In this document: positions 1-14,127 of the stretch, piece by piece
How the letters are laid out: every line of letters starts with the position of its first letter
How positions within the stretch are numbered: the first letter of the stretch is position 1
DNA from: Phyllobates terribilis
Taxonomy: Eukaryota
Assembly: GCF_046119375.1 (NCBI RefSeq)
Contig: NW_027362773.1
Coordinates: 117,118,001-117,182,000 of the forward strand
Direction: 5' to 3'
DNA length: 64,000 nt
Program-made: the position numbers and the translations under genes
The notes under the pieces: model-generated
Database searches by the model: none
Seen by the model: the letters and a program-made list of their open reading frames with translations, nothing else
What the model was told of the DNA's origin: nothing

Positions 1-373
1 TGCTATAGACTGCTCTTATGTATTGGCTGTTTCTATTTTTTTCTCTTTTGAACAATTGCATATATTGAGGTGACAAATCAATATAACCACGTGTCTAATA
101 TTTAATTACTGTTGGTATAATTTACAGATAAATACTGCTTGTGCGAACCCAAATCTCCCAACAAATAATAAAAAAAAAAAAGTTTCTCAAGTCTCTATTG
201 GGATCCAGTAATTCTTCATTCTGAGGAAGAAGAGGGTGAACATTAAAACCACTGAAATGGTGAAGAGATGTCAGTGGAGGACTTCGACTTTAGAAGATGA
301 GGAGAAAGGGTGGTCTTGCTGGGATTGGCAGAGAGGGTGTAGTACGGGGGTCTTCCATCATTAGCCGGATGGA

Positions 374-502
374 TCAGAGAAGGGCACAGAAGAATTTCTT
401 CTCTCTGAATGGGTTTTCAGATGTGGGCACCGGTGTGATCAGTGGATCCTCGCACGCGTGAGCGTCACAGAAAGCCATCAGGTCTGATGCTGCCTTTGAC
501 AC
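374..502 (-). CDS. GNG3: GNG3 last coding exon (VSKAAS...FFCALL*)
   Basis: Acceptor ttttttctatacag|GTG; 129 nt including TGA. Confidence 0.97.
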   Translation of the reverse strand: MSKAASDLMAFCDAHACEDPLITPVPTSENPFREKKFFCALL

Positions 503-1390
503 CTGTATAGAAAAAAGTTCGATGTGACGGCTCAGTTATCAGTTTAGTTTACAAACTTTTAGGATGAGCTGTGCATTTTACATTTTGCAATACAAAGGTT
601 GAAATCAAGTGCAAAATTCCAGTACAAATCTGCAACATATAAAGAATACATAAGATTATTACAGAAAACCCCATTAAAGGGGTTGTCCAGGACTTAAGAC
701 ATTGATGACCTAGATTTAGGAGTCCATCACCCAGCACCACCTTCGATCAGCTGTTGCAGGTCCTGTAGAGGCCATAAATAAACTGTGTATGGTGCCGGGT
801 TACCAGAGCACAAGATAGTGGCCATTTTTGGCTATTGCAGCCCTTAAAGGGAATAGTTCAGCAGGTTTTTGCTATGTAATCTTGACAGCAGCATCATCTA
901 CGTGCAGAGACCCTGATTCCAGCGATGTATCACTTTGATTATTGGGTGCAGCAGTTGTAATACAATCACAGTTTTCTCTGCTGCAGAGCTCAGAATGCTG
1001 AGCTTTGTATAACCCCGCCCACACCACTGGCAGCCAATCAGTGCTGGGGGCATGGTTGGACAAGGAGGCACAAGACACCTAGTCCTGTAGTGATAATCTC
1101 CTGCTAATAAAACACTGATTTTATTGAAATAACAGCAAAACACAGCCCAGTTAGTGACACATCGCTAGAATCAGAGCTCCATCCATCAGTTTGCTCTCAG
1201 ATTACATATGAAAACCTGCTGATTAGAATCCCTTTAACTGTTTTTAGTAGGGGGTCCGATTGTACCATGGTGCCTTCTGTCATTTACATACTTTAATGCG
1301 ACACATGGAGGCTTCAATCTTCAGCTGCTCGACTAGCTTCCTGGCCTGTCCAATGCTCAGTGTGCTATTCACAGGGGTGTCTCCTTTCAT
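374..1390 (-). CDS. GNG3: G protein gamma-3 subunit, join(complement(1292..1390),complement(374..502)), 75 aa
   Basis: Spliced translation [33 protein letters not shown]|[42 protein letters not shown] is near-identical to vertebrate GNG3. It ends in a CAAX box (CALL), has a GT-AG phase-0 intron, and lies divergent from BSCL2 as in other vertebrates. Confidence 0.97.
848..1233. mobile_element. T2/Kolobok-like MITE in the GNG3 coding intron
   Basis: Bounded by TTAA-AGGGA...TCCCT-TTAA with terminal inverted repeats; a partial related copy lies at ~41035-41205. Confidence 0.7.
1292..1390 (-). CDS. GNG3: GNG3 first coding exon (MKGDTP...CRIK)
   Basis: Acceptor tctctttctag|GAACC-ATG; donor AAA|gtatgt; 99 coding nt. 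Confidence 0.97.
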
Positions 1391-1929
1391 GGTTCCTAGA
1401 AAGAGAAAAATGTCCTATGAGTTGCAAAAAACAAGCCTCAAATTTCTGATTTATGATGAACTGCGAATTTACTCTGAATAGACCATAAACTATATATCCT
1501 ATTTAGATCTCATGCACATGTTGCAGAATAAAGAGGTTGTCCAGGAATGTGATATTGATGACCTATTCAATATCGGATTGGTGGGAGTCCGACAACCGGC
1601 ATCCCCACAGATCAACTTTTATTAGTTTTTTGACAGGCTGGATGTAAGTATTGGATGAAGCTGAACAGCACCGCTCCGTCCAATGTGTAGTGGCTAATGC
1701 TGAGAGCCACAAAATAGCTCCTCTTCTGATCTGCAGCGCTCAGAAGTGGCCACTACACATTGGACGGAAATGCGTTCTTCAGCTCTGTCCAATGGCTAAA
1801 TCTGGCCACGGCCGCAGCTAATAACAGCTGATCCATTGAGGTGCTGGGTATCTGACCCCCATCGATTTGATATTGATGAACTATCCAATAATATATGTCT
1901 GGATGACTCCTTTAAATTAATATTCAAAC

Positions 1930-2140
1930 TGTCTCTTCCAAGAGGAACAGGACTTGAACTCTATAGCGCCACCTATTGGAAGCAGCAATCCTACAAGTCA
2001 TTATTGACCCTTTAATGAGTCTTGCAATATGACTTAGGATAAAAGTCAAGCCAGAATCTCAATTTGTAGATATGGTGTTTCAGGGTGTTGCCCCTCCTCA
2101 GTGCATAGTATGAGAACTGATTTGGCTAGGTGAGAGGGTT
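1930..2140 (-). mobile_element. Fragment of hammerhead-bearing retrozyme/Penelope-like repeat (family Y)
   Basis: Aligns by eye with 21945-22507 and 29160-29650; contains a hammerhead motif at 2064-2106. Confidence 0.75.
2064..2106 (-). ncRNA. Type I hammerhead ribozyme motif, degenerate (family Y copy C)
   Basis: Minus strand reads ATGCA CTGAGGA GGGG CAACA CCCT GAAA CACCATA TC TACAA. The core is present but stems I and III carry mismatches. Confidence 0.65.
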
Positions 2141-3242
2141 TTTTTCAGCTTCAAAAAAAAAAAAACCCCGTATGAAGCTTTTTCCAATCCAGTCTTGGTT
2201 TGGGGTAACAAATACTGATGCAAAGTACTAACTATATTTGTAATCTGTGAATAGGGCCCTAAAGGGGAGGTCCAGTATAAATACATCTGATACAGACATG
2301 TGACTGATGCAGCCAATCACTGGCTGCAGTGGTGACTTGTTATTCTAATTGGCTGCAGTGCTCGCATGATGTCCCTGCTGGAAGAGAAGAGCAAAACTAT
2401 ATGGAGGATGAAAGGCAAGTACGGTATGTTTTTTTTTTAAACTTACAAATGCTTTAGCATTGCTAATAAGACCCCCCCCCCCCCCCAAAAAAAAAAAAAA
2501 ATTAGACAACCGCTTTCATTTCTGAGCCCTATAGACAATGCTCTTTAGAAAGTTTTAGGACATGTACCCTAAATGTTAGACCATTGAAGTAGCACACAGA
2601 AAACCTTGAAGTCACCTATATCCGCCTGTACACTGTGGCTGCATTCTGTATGTGAGCTTATTTACGCAAGGACATTATATATTGTTTTATACCATCCGCA
2701 CATAAATGCAGTAACTCTTTACGATTTAATGCTTTCTTGATCTGATTGCACAATGGACAAGTAAATGGGAATGAGAAGCACTTAAGATGCCGACATCCAT
2801 TAGCACAGGAGCCACCCGCTCAGCCCTGGTGTTAATCCATCTCTGCAAAAGATAATCCACCAGCAAAATTACCCTTGTCAGATCGATTTGTAGTAAAAGG
2901 GGCAATCAGTGTTTTAGCTAATTCTTTGAAACATCTTGGAGAGTGGCTAGTAGAATGTGGCCAGAAGCACAAGATCGTCCTGTACTGACTGTGGAGCATG
3001 TTGGTTACAGCGTCAGGCTCATCAGGAAGGGGAGCAATATCTCATGGGACTGTACTTGGGATTCAATACTGTTCATCCGATTGCTTTATTACACTGTTCT
3101 ACAGATTTTCTGAAATTCTCAGGTTCAGTTATGAAATGAGCCATTTCTTAATGATTTTGACCTTCTGAATTCAAATCTGACAATGAAAATGTTTAGTTGG
3201 CTCCTGTTTGTGATATCAGAGTTCTCCTTTGACTGCTACGTA

Positions 3243-4695
3243 CATTGATGAGCAAAAGGGTAACAGTGTTTTGATCTTGTGACTCCATATCTTACCATCC
3301 ACTACTGCTTAGAACCTGAGACTACCATCATTTTACAGACAATCATCTTGGCTATCTCATACATAAATTTGACTTGCAGCTATTTAGCACATGATTAGTT
3401 ATGCAGATTCTTCTCATGTCACTGCATTGTTACGGTTTTGCCCCTAAAAATCTAAATTTTTTGATTATTTTGTAAATCCACCTTTGGCTTTCTACATTGC
3501 CTGAATCCTTCTGGGCCACTCTCGATGAGACTCAAGCAAGTCTCCACTGAAATCTGATCCCAGGTTTCTTCTACACGTTCCTATAGTTGGTGCAAACTGG
3601 TCAACTCACTTGGGTATGTATACAGTTTTTTATTAAACTTTACCCACAAGTGTTCAATTGGGTTGAGGTCTGGGGGCCAATCCAGCACCTCTACTTCATT
3701 GTCATTGAACAATTTCTTCACCAATCTCGACGTATGCTTCGGGTCCTTGTCCTGCTAGAACACTGTCTTCCCTTTCATACCCATAGTACTCGAGTGTACG
3801 AAGTAACTCGTCTTGTAGGATACTCACATATAGCTCAGCATTGCGACCACCATCGTTCCTGATCAAGTATCCAACGCCTTTGCCTGTGAAGCAACCCTAT
3901 ATCATCAGGCTTCCTCCACCGAACTTGACAGTTCCTTCAATTTCTCGATCCGTTAGCCTTTTTTTTTTTTTTTTTTTTCCTCCAGACCAATTTGCTCCCA
4001 TCAGAGCCTAGTCTATTGACTTTCGTCTCTTCGCTCCAAATCACCCATTTCCTATCTTCTACTGTTCACTTTAAATACTTTTTTGCAAACTCAAGCCGAC
4101 ACTTCTTATGATGATATTGAAGTCGAGGCTTCTTCACCTTTTTCGGGCCACCATTCCAGACTTGAGCCAACTTGTTGACTCCAATATATTGACTGGACAT
4201 CCACCACTTGGCTTTAGAATGGATGGATGGACGTCATTTCGTATTCTTCTAACTTTTATGGCGCTCACATGATGCAGGTTGGCAATTTTTTGGGTCAAGA
4301 GACAGCTATCGATGAGCTGGATGATGCTGTTTCATTTTTCTTAGGAAATCTTCATGTATGCTACTTGATTCGAACCAGTGACCTTCCGCTTGGGAACCAA
4401 CCTAATAACACACGGAGGTATTAAGGAATGTGGGAATAGGTTGTATTTTCTAGTATTCAGGAAGAAAACTATATTTCCTCCACCATAGGCAACACAGTAA
4501 CAATGCAGTGACATGACAAGAATCTGCATAACTAATCATATGCTGAATAGCTGCAAGTCACATTTATGTATGAGATAGCCAAGATAATTGCCTATAAAAC
4601 GATGGTAGTCTCACGTGCTTAGCAGTAGTAAAGGGTGAGATATGGAGCCTCAAAGTCAAAAGTTCACAACATTGTTACCCTTTTGCTTGTCAGTG
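3243..4695 (-). mobile_element. Tc1/mariner transposon, degenerate
   Basis: TA flanks and ~190-bp imperfect TIRs (3243-3433 and 4497-4695). Minus-strand remnants read QDKDPKHTS and EVLDW-PPDLNPIEHLW. Confidence 0.9.
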
Positions 4696-4840
4696 TATAA
4701 TTAATGCATAACCGTTTCAGTACTTTGAAACATTACTATTTTTGCAAATATAAAGATGCAGAATAATTTGTTATGTCAATTTTCTGATATTTATTCAGAG
4801 GAAACTTAGCAACAATTAAAATAACTAAAACATGTCTTAA

Positions 4841-6948
4841 CACTATGGTGAATTATAAACAGTTACAGAAATTGAATTACAAAATTTGGTCCTCATTCAG
4901 TGACAACTCTTTTTTGCTTTTCTCTTGTACGCCTGCATCGGATCATCTCTTACAAATGTCCAACAGTAATCTGTAGCATTGATGGATTCCATTTTCCTTG
5001 GTATCTTTTCTCCATAACCGCAATATATTGGTGAAACCTCTCACCGTGCTCGTCGGTCACTTCTCCGCAGTTTGGTGGAGAGGAAGTCTACATGAGAATG
5101 TAAGAAATGAATCTTTAAGGACATATAGCCAAGATCCTTATGTTTTGAGAAGATTTTCCACCAATTTTTCATAGTTATCTGCTCTTGAGTTTCCGCAAAA
5201 AATTAGTTACCACTATTGTGAATGCTACCCATGCAGACTTTTCCTTGCCCTACAACAAATGGAGAAACTCATCATCTTGAAGAAGCTTATGAATCTGAGG
5301 TCCAATAAAGACTCCTTCCTTTTATCTTTGCTTCACTCAACCTTGGAAATTTATTGAGATACTTGAATACTTTTGCATTTTTATCCATTGCCTTTAGAAA
5401 GTTCTTCATGAGTCCCAACTTCATATGCAATGGTGGTAACAAAATCTCATGGGTTAACAAGTCCTGGATACAGGACATTTTTAATACCCGGCTGAAGTGA
5501 GTGTCGGAGAGGCCAGTCTTTTTTATTGTAGTGATGTTCTCCTGCACGACTATCTCCTCTCACAGAAAGCAGTAGGACTTTGTGTATCCACTCTGGAAAC
5601 CAAATAAGAAGGCAACCACCTTTAAGTCACCACAGAGGGGCCACAAATGTTGGTCATAGTTCAGGCACCGGTTTCATGTTTTCATGGGTTTCTTTCATGT
5701 GGATGGCATAACCAACTGGAATTGAAGGTAGAGCATTGCCATTATGCAGCGAGACTTGTTTTGGACGTATTGTTGAAGATCCTCCATTCCTCTGGATTTT
5801 GACTTATCTTCAGAGCTTCCATTAAACTGTTGATGTTGTTGCATGCCACAAGATCACCTTGCCTGAAGAATTATTGGACAAGATCTTAATCATATGTTGC
5901 AGAACAAAGAAATCCTAATATCGCCCGCTAGAAGATTCCACTTCTTTAGCCTGGACCATAAGAGCTCAGCCTTACTCTTGGGCAGATCTAAATCTCTAAC
6001 AAGATCCTTCAGTTCACTTTGTGTTATAAGGTGTGGTTCAGTTGAGGTTGATGACGGAAAGTCTGGGTCGTGAATGGAAGTTGCTTCATGACACCAAGCG
6101 CCCTCTTCTTCCTCACTTGACTCGACTGAAAATGTTTCTGGTGCTTTTGGAACCGGCAGTTCTTCTGTATGTGGTACTGGGCGTATTGCAGATGGGATGT
6201 TGGGATAATGTAACGTCCACTTCTTCTTCCTTGAAACTCCTTTCCTAATGGGGGGCACCATGCAGAAATAACAATTGGTAGTGTGATCGGTTGGTTCTGT
6301 CCAAATCATTGGGACTGCAAAAGGCATAGACTGCCTCTTCCCATGCAACCACTGGGTAAGATGTGATGCACATGTATTGCAGCATATGCGTGGAGCCCAA
6401 CTCTTGTCCTGATCTCCTATTCTGCAGCCAAAATACAGGTTGTAGGCTTTCCTTATCATGGTAGTCAAGTTTCGCTTTTGTGACGCAAAAGTGACTTCTC
6501 CGCATATGTAGCAAAAACTATCCGCTTTGTTAATGCAAGAATGAGACATCTGAAAAAATATAGATACATGTCAATATGCTAAGAAATCCTAAAACTATAT
6601 ACCTTACACAGAGCGCATTTATAAAAGTAGGTGATGTAACTGTAATTAGGATTGCGTCATCGGAGCTGAGTTGGCGTTTTTTGATTGGTCACCCTAAGAT
6701 GATAGAATACTGAAGGTGCAATAGTCTAAATAGATGATGTAATAGACTAGCTACTAACAATGATGAAATAATAAAAACTCAATTTTTCTATAAGCCTGCA
6801 TGAAAGGTGCCATAAGTAATTACAACTTCATCTGGAGCTTGATATTAGAACCAATCAGCAAATTTAAACATCATATTCGTTTTCAGCACCGCAAAATTTG
6901 TTGAGTTCAACTGTTTCAGCTCTGAACCAATTTGGCTGTAGAACAGTG
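4841..6948 (-). mobile_element. Chapaev3-like (CMC) DNA transposon, frameshifted transposase
   Basis: CAC...GTG termini with a 3-bp TAA duplication (4838-4840, 6949-6951). ORF 5890..6549 has a Cys-rich N-terminus (CYICG...GDQDKSWAPRICCNTC...CYFC); ORF 5287..5547 has LPPLHMKLGLMKNF; downstream remnants read MSLKIHFLHSHVD and KRYQGKWNPSML. The family assignment rests on recalled motifs. Confidence 0.8.
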
Positions 6949-7406
6949 TAAGCAAGAATATCGATCTGATTCATCAAAGCTTTTATACCAGAAAATTGAT
7001 GTCGAAGCTTTGAAAAGTCGCAATTTTTTTGTGCAATTCGGAGTTGCATAAAATTTAGTAATTTTTTTCAAATTTCACGCCAGTTTGAAACTGCTCCGCC
7101 AAAATTGGCAGAGCTGGGAAGGAGCCAGGGTGTGGCCAGGACCGCTCGTACAATTTCTTAAAAAAAACAAACTTTTGTACCCCAGAAATGCTATTCCAGT
7201 CCCACACTGGAGTAGCATTTCTGGCACGACGCACGCCACTCAGAAGATGTGTCAAATTTATCATGTACTGTGCTCCCCTCAATTAATTTGGCACACAATA
7301 CTCCAGGGAGCTCTTCATTAAGACTGATGTGGTGCTACACCATTGTTAATGAATAGTCTCCTACATATGTTTTCATGGATCAAGAAGGTTATTGAATTTT
7401 GATTGT

Positions 7407-7440
<34 letters not shown>

Positions 7441-8004
7441 TAATAGTAAAATATTTTACTGCTAATTAATAAAAAAAAAAAAAACATTTAAAATGACTGC
7501 TTACTAGTGAATCTAAAATGATCAAATCCCTAAAAGTGTAATAATTCCACAGTGAGAAATTCTAAAAGGCATTGTTACAGGGGTTGGTCCATAAACCTAT
7601 CCAGGGGGTAAATCCATGATCGCAGAGGGTCACATGTCTCCCGTTTGAATGATCACACATGCCCATTACCGCTCTATTCAATGCCTATAAGACCGATTTA
7701 GGCAGATGAATGCATGAAGCCTATACATTTGACATAGCAAGAGGTGTTTTAAGTGATTGTAAAAAAAAAAAAAAAAGTGTGAACAGCATTTTTAAGAGTA
7801 GTTAAATCCAGTGCGATGCGACAAAACATTGGATCACACTCTAACCAATATTATTCTGTGTGTCCACGCACATGTCCGTTTTTTCTCCATGGAAAAAATT
7901 ACAGCATGCCTGAGTTGGATCTGATTATTAGATTTCTCTCGGCCATGCAAGTCAATGGGAGCTTAGGACCCCTATTTAAGTGCTCGGGGAGCCCCAAGCA
8001 ATTA

Positions 8005-8921
8005 CAGTGGCTTGCAAAAGTATTCACCCCATTTGGCTTTTTACCTATTTGTTACATTACAACCTGTGTGTAAATATCTTTGTAATCCGCTTTGTGGGTG
8101 ATGCATCAACACGACATAGTCTAAGTTGGTGAAGTGAGAAAAATACAGGCATAAATTAAATTTATGGGATCAAATAACTAAAAATGGCATGTGCATATAT
8201 ATTCTCCCTTTTTGCTATGAAGCCCCAAAAAATGTCTGGTGCAAGCAATTACCTTCATAAGTCACATGCTTAGTTATAGGACGTCCACCTGTGTGCAAAC
8301 TAAGTGTCACATGTCTGTCACTATATACACGTTACCTTTTCTGAAAGGCCACAGAGGCTGCAACACCATGAAGCAAGAGGCACCACTTACCAAACAACAC
8401 CATGAAGACCAAGGAGATCTCCAAAAAGTCGGGGACAAAGTTGTAGTACACGTCGGGGTTAGGTTATAAAAAAAAAAAAAAAAAAAAAAATCTCAATCTC
8501 TGATGATCCCCGGAGCACCATCAAATCCATTATCAAATGGAAAGAACATGGTACCACAACAAACCTGCCAAGAGAAGGCGCCCACCAAAACTCTCACCCC
8601 TGGCAAGGAGGGCATTAATCAGAGAGGCAGCACAGAGACCAAAGGTAACCCTGAAGGAGCTGCAGAGACTGGAGTATCTGTCCATACGACAAAAGGAGGC
8701 TCTACAAAGTACTGACTTTAAGCGGTGAATACATATGCACATGCCAATTTTTAATTATTTGATCCCATAAATTTAATTTATGCCTATATTTTTCTCAATT
8801 CACTTCACCAACTTAGACTCTTTAGTGCTGATGCATCACACACAAATCGGATTACAAAAATATTTAAACACAGGTTTTAATGTGACAAAATAGGTAAAAA
8901 GCCAAGGGGGGTGAATACTTT
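8005..8921 (+). mobile_element. Internally deleted Tc1 element
   Basis: TA-CAGTGGCTTGCAAAAGTATTCACC start and ~200-bp TIRs. HTH-region remnant RRPPKLSPLARRALIREAAQRPKVTLKEL is fused to the 3' end. The outer ~11 bp of the right TIR is missing. Confidence 0.85.
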
Positions 8922-8924
8922 CCT

Positions 8925-10060
8925 CCACTCAGTATGGTCACCCACCTCAGTAGGATACCCCACACAGTATCATGGTCCCCACAGCCCCTACACAGTATGA
9001 TGGCCCCTCTTTATGATGCTCCCACAGCCCCCCATTCAGTATGATGGATCCCAATGCCTGCCTTCCACACAGTATGGTGGCCCCAATGCCAGCTCCCCCA
9101 CTCACATATGATGGCCCCCAATCACGTATGATGGCCCCCAATGCCAGCCCCCCACTCAGAATGATGGCCCCAATGCCAGCCCCCCACTCAGTATGATGGC
9201 CCCAATGGCAGCCCCACACTCAGTACGATGGCCCCAATGCCAGCCCCACACTCAGTATGATGGCCCCAATGCCAGTCCCACACTCAGTATGATGGCCCCA
9301 ATGCCAGCCCCACACTCAGTATGATGGCCCCATTGCCAGCCACCCACTCAGTACGATGGCCCCAATGCCAGCCCCACACTCAATACGATGGCCCCAGTGC
9401 CAGCCCCACACTCAGTACGATGGCCCCAGTGCCAGCCCCACACTCAGTACGATGGCCCCAGTGCCAGCCCCACACTCAGTATGATGGCCCCAATGCCAGC
9501 CCCCCACTCAGTACGATGGCCTCAATGCCAGCCCCCCACTCAGTACGATGGCCCCAATGCCAACTCCCCACTCAGTACGATGGCCCCAATGCCAACTCCC
9601 CACTCAGTACGATGGCCCCAATGCCAACTCCCCACTCAGTACGATGGCCCCAATGCCAGCTCCCCACTCAGTACGATGGCCCCAATGCCAGCCCCCCACT
9701 CAGTACGATGGCCCCAATGCCAACTCCCCACTCAGTACGATGGCCCCAATGCCAGCCCCACACTCAGTACAATGGCCCCAATGCCAGCCCCACACTCAGT
9801 ACAATGGCCCCAATGCCAGCCCCACACTCAGTACAATGGCCCCAATGCCAACTCCCCACTCAGTATGATGGCCCCAATGCCAGCCCCACACTCAATACGA
9901 TGGCCCTAATGCCAGCCCCACACTCAGTACAATGGCCCCAATGCCAACTCCCCACTCAGTATGATGGCCCCAATGCCAGCCCCACACTCAATACGATGGC
10001 CCTAATGCGAAACTCCCTCCCCCCCACTCAGTATGTGGGTCCCCACAGTCACCCACTCAG
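8925..10060. repeat. 32-bp minisatellite (ATGATGGCCCCAATGCCAGCCCCACACTCAGT)n, ~30 copies with degenerate edges
   Basis: Unit read directly; the 32-aa periodicity of ORF 9321..10124 equals three units. Confidence 0.95.
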
Positions 10061-10675
10061 TACTGTCATTAAAAAAAATAAAATTAACACTACTCATTTC
10101 TGCTTAATAAATCTCCCGGTTTAAAAAAGTTGTCTCAATGTCATAAATTGTTAAAATGTCAAAGTGTTTGTTGAAACAAGCAACTTTGCACTTTACCTCT
10201 AATTAAAAATCCTCTCTGTTCTCCAGAAGGGAGGGATCTTTTATGCTATTGTGCACTGCCCGCTGCCAAGCCACCTCTGTGGGGAACGATCTACTTGCAA
10301 GCATTGCTCTGAAGCTGGCTGGATATCTGATTCTGCCCAGTTTCAATACCGCTGAAATCCTTCAATGTTGTAGAGGCAAAGCTGACTCTGCTTGCAACAT
10401 GGAACAGCAGTTTGGGTCAGCAGCTCAAGTATTCCACTGACCCAAACTGTCAGTCATCAGGATTGGACTGCCTCTCAAGAGGCTGAGGAGCGGTGCGCTC
10501 ATAAAGCATATTGAGTCAAAAAAGTCAAAAGGCAATGTTCATAAGTAACCACTGGCCCTTTCATTCTTTCAATTAGTGAGTGCCCTACTTTTGGACTCCT
10601 AGTGTTGTTTTGAACAAAGAGGTGATGGGCAGCATCACAAAAAATGAGTATAGCAATAGATCACCATCACTTATA

Positions 10676-10869
10676 GGCCACGTTCACACATTCAGTATTT
10701 GGTCAGTATTTTACATCAGTATTTGTAAGCTAAAACCAGGAGTGGGTGATAAATACAGAAGTGGTGACGTGTTTCTATAATACTTTTCCTCTGATTGTTC
10801 CACTCCTAATTTTGGCTTACAAATATTGATGTAAAATATTGATCAAATACTTAACGTGTGAATGGGGCC
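10676..10869. mobile_element. Palindromic PIF/Harbinger-like MITE (family Z)
   Basis: GGCCACGTTCACAC...GTGTGAATGGGGCC termini with long inverted arms. Other copies or fragments at 17914-18347, ~45070-45178 and ~58020-58135. Confidence 0.7.
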
Positions 10870-12175
10870 ATAGTTTGTAAACAGGACATGGGATCAGAGG
10901 TTTGGAAATCAATTCTGTAAGTGTATTATAATTAGTATTACATTACTTGTTTCATCCTCAAATTCCCAATTTAAAAACCTTACTTATACTTGTGTGTTGT
11001 GTATTAAGCATAGAAAAGCAGGAGCAGCACCAGGGTAAGGTGGGCACAGAGCCTCCCTGGCCAAAAACCAATCCATCCAGATAAAAAGTACATGAAAGTT
11101 GGGTAAATATTTGGATCTATATATTTTTACACCAAATTACATTTACATAAAAAAAAAAGTTAAACCATGGCTATATCCACAATGTCGATTCAAAGGCAAA
11201 GCTGAAACCGCTGTCTTTGTAATGTACAAAGTATATTTATTTTTGCATGACTATTAATAGGATTCATGGATTTTTTTTTGTTTTATACTTTCATACAAAT
11301 AAACATGAAGGGACCAAATTGCGAATACAACAATTGTGGTTTCATTGCTTTCATTGTACAAATCATACTCCTTTCTCGGATTCAGCCATATTTGGCTGGT
11401 AACGTCTGGGTAACGTGTTTACCAAAATAAATCATTACAAAAAAACTCTTACACAATCATGTTTAATTTCTGGATTTCCATCGGACTCTCAAATTTTAAT
11501 ATTTTTTCCATCTGTATCTTTATAATCTAAAACAGATCCCTCTGGAGGAAGAAGGAAAACCTTGTCCAAAGCTAAGATCTTCCTTATTTTTCCTGTTGTG
11601 AACCAATCCCATTTTTGGTGACAATAAGAACCATAGCTGATGGGGAAATTAGCTCTTGCTCTTCCATGTTACATTCTGTATATTGCTCGGATGCCTCTTT
11701 TCAATCCTATACATCCTGCCTTTGTTTTAGGCCATTGCTTGCTTTTATATAGAAGGCATTTATTAAATAATGTAGTGTAAAGAAAAAAAGGGGCATCTAC
11801 ACATCTATATATACACTTCCCACTCACTGTATAGTACAGATGATGGTGGAGAGGGCAAATTGTTTCTTTGTATATTTATGGTTTTATCTGCTACACAATT
11901 GTATCGATATGACTGGAAATACTGTGATACAATAAGGATACATGCTGCCAGTGATACTAACTATTATACAATATTTATGGTTCTGTATACATTGATAGAT
12001 GGGATTCTATAATTCCATATTTTATGGCGAGTGTCTTATTAAGGTGGGGCATTAGGGGATGCACATAAAATAAGAGAAGGTAGATTCTAAGGGGGGAGGG
12101 GGGTCAGCAGGGCTGGTCACATATATGGCATTTAGTTACCATTATCATGTAAAGGTTGCTGGAATTGGTACCTAC

Positions 12176-12380
12176 CTGTTCTGTTTTGGTGATGGAGAGA
12201 TACAGGATGCTGAGAAAAAGCTCCTTCACTGCAGCTACACCAAACACTCACACCCTGCAACAAAGAGAAATGGGGGAGGAGAGACTGGAGGAAGGAGGAG
12301 GATGGTGAGAAGTGGCTGAATGATTGAATATGCTCACACAGCTAGGCTGGGGATTCAGAGACAGAGGACAGTGGAAATAG
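12176..12380 (-). other. GNG3: Putative non-coding 5' exon of GNG3
   Basis: Non-repetitive segment ending in a strong minus-strand donor AACAG|gtaggt at 12176/12175. The GNG3 coding exon has an acceptor only 5 nt before its ATG, so an upstream exon must exist. The 5' boundary is a guess. Confidence 0.5.
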
Positions 12381-12819
12381 GAAGGCGGGGGAGAACTAGG
12401 GAGTGAATCCTATGTAATGGTGCATCCAGGTCGGCTAATGTATCACCCATGAGAACTGACCACATATGTTCTGCAAGTTACTGTAAAACACCCTATATAC
12501 ATTTTTTCCTACCATTGATTGCATTATTCTAATCCACAATCCCATTATCAGATTTGGATTAGATAAGATCATAAAGCACAGCTGTAATTTACGGAAGGCT
12601 TCATGAATGATCCGATAGTGACTTCACTGAAAATGGTTTGTTACGCCATGAAGAAATAAATTCAATTTTTAATTTGTTAACCAGTTTATTGCCATTATGC
12701 TTTGTCCCCCAGTGGTGGCTCTGTAACAACAGTGCTATCATTTAGTGTTACCCATAGATTCAGCTTTCTTAATGCACAATTTGATCATGTTCTTGTCATT
12801 ACCAGTTCCTCCAATTAAA

Positions 12820-12837
12820 TATATATGTGTGTATATG

Positions 12838-12871
<34 letters not shown>

Positions 12872-12882
12872 TATATATATTA
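12820..12882. repeat. Compound (TA)n/(GA)n microsatellite
   Basis: Seen directly. Confidence 0.9.
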
Positions 12883-12884
12883 TA

Positions 12885-14127
<1,243 letters not shown>

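Noticed and set aside
8925-10060. CRISPR-like appearance of the ~32-bp repeats (also 47925-50270)
   Set aside because: Repeats are contiguous with no unique spacers, there are no cas genes, and the context is eukaryotic.
9321-10124. Pro-rich repetitive ORFs (267, 173 and 106 aa)
   Set aside because: Translations of the 32-bp minisatellite.
10408-10449. 13-bp perfect hairpin (CAGTTTGGGTCAG/CTGACCCAAACTG) as a pre-miRNA
   Set aside because: The stem is too short and lies inside a MITE-like repeat.
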